Part shown: one piece after another, positions 62,262 through 64,000 of the stretch
Layout of the letters: the number at the start of each line of letters is the position of its first letter
Numbering within the stretch: the first letter of the stretch is position 1
Source: Octopus sinensis
Lineage: Eukaryota
DNA: 64,000 bases
Assembly (NCBI RefSeq): GCF_006345805.1
Contig: NC_043017.1
Location: forward strand, 19,220,001-19,284,000
Direction: 5' to 3'
The notes under the pieces: generated by a model
Databases searched by the model: none
Told to the model about the DNA's origin: nothing
What the model saw: the letters and a program-made list of their open reading frames with translations, nothing else
Program-made: the position numbers and the translations under genes

Positions 62262-62407
62262 GTAAGTTTGGAGAGAGAGAGAGAGGGGAGTCGCAAAAAG
62301 AAATGGGAGGAGAGAGAGAGACTTTATAATTTGTTAGACTATAAGTGAAATCTGTGTGTGTGTGTGTGTGTGTAGTGGAGTAAGTTGTATATCTATAGTA
62401 TATATGT

Positions 62408-62630
62408 GGCAAGCTGGCAGAATCGTTAGCACGCCGGGCGAAATGCGTAGCCGTATTTCGTCTGCCGTTACGTTCTGAGTTCAAATTCCGCCGAGGTCGA
62501 CTTTGCCTTTCATCCTTTCGGGGTCGATAAAGTACCAGTTATGCACTGGGGTCGATGTAATCGACTTAATCCCTTTGTCTGTCTTTGTTTGTCTCCTCTC
62601 TGCTTAGCCCCTTGTGGGCAATAAAGAAAT
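62408..62630 (+). mobile_element. SINE family B
   Basis: Well-preserved copy of the family B consensus. Confidence 0.9.
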
Positions 62631-63021
62631 ATATAGTATGTATGTCTGATGTTTGTTTTACATATGTATGTATGTGGTAATGGTGTGTTTCCTATGGATG
62701 AATGTGTGTGCTGTATGTTCCTTTTCTGTTGTGTATTTCAACAGTAATATAAGCAAAGTGTTCAAGAAAATATCCGATGTTTGTTAGTGGAGACAGTGAC
62801 AGCACATGTTGTTGGATTTTGTCATCTAGATTTTCTTTAACCATTTCCAATAGCAACCTGCATGAGACTACTTCCTGGTTCTATGATACAAACTTTCAGT
62901 TTTAAAATGATTTAAATTTAAACCTGCCATCAAAATTCCATGTTAATTTATGTTCCAAACCTCAGTTTAAAATTGAGAAAGTTGTTTTACTAAACTCTTT
63001 GTTATATTAATTGAAACATAG

Positions 63022-63500
<479 letters not shown>

Positions 63501-64000
63501 ATAGGCAGTGTTTTACGGGAGAAATCTCGTAACAAAAGAGTTAACTGTATCCTTGTTTGCTTTGTTACAGAATGGCAAATATTTGAACCAGACTTTCTGG
63601 TTCCTGCTTACCAACTTAAAAACATAACTCTTTTGGTACCAACCCATCTGAGACTGCCTCAGGTTCTGTGATACAGATATATTTTAAAGCAGTGGTTCCC
63701 AAACTTTTTCAGGCTGCTGCCCCCTTGACATCCAGGCCCCATTCCTAGCACCCCCACCCCAACTAACCATCACAAACATAGAACCCCTTTGTGAAACAAA
63801 TTCGAAGCAACTGAATTTCACAAAATAACATTTCACCTGATGAACCCATTAATTTGTTTTTACATGAATCACTACCTCATTATACCCCCACCTTTCTTCA
63901 ACACTCCCTTGGAACTTTCCACCGCCCCACCACATCACCCCCAAGGGGTCCATAATGCCTACTTGGGGAACCACTGTTTTAAAGTGATTTAAATTAAAAC

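Overview
Eukaryotic, AT-rich, repeat-dense genomic DNA with no prokaryotic features. The SINE families, (TA)n/(CA)n density and long introns look like an octopus (coleoid cephalopod) genome; this is inferred from recognition, not from a search. Three protein-coding loci are supported. (1) The last two coding exons of IST1 (ESCRT-III; + strand, 32879-33350 and 33903-34166); I could not find its 5' exons in the window. (2) The first two coding exons of BORCS5/LOH12CR1/myrlysin (+ strand, 52753-52867 and 61927-62261); the gene continues beyond the window. (3) An intronless 350-aa ORF that I do not recognise (- strand, 47345-48397), head-to-head with BORCS5. It encodes a predicted coiled-coil N-terminus followed by 22 tandem ~11-aa Cys/Glu/Ser/Thr/Lys repeats, and is the most interesting item. 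The rest is mobile-element debris: three abundant SINE-type families, TTAA-flanked piggyBac-type MITEs, a nested hAT derivative, and Tc1, CR1, RTE, R4-type and L1/Tx1 remnants, plus mini- and microsatellites. Notable structural oddities are several perfect or near-perfect DNA palindromes, a near-identical inverted SINE pair upstream of the IST1 exon, inverted SINEs flanking a BORCS5 exon, and a ~111-bp direct repeat flanking a retroelement. Gene exon boundaries were checked base by base; most repeat boundaries are approximate.
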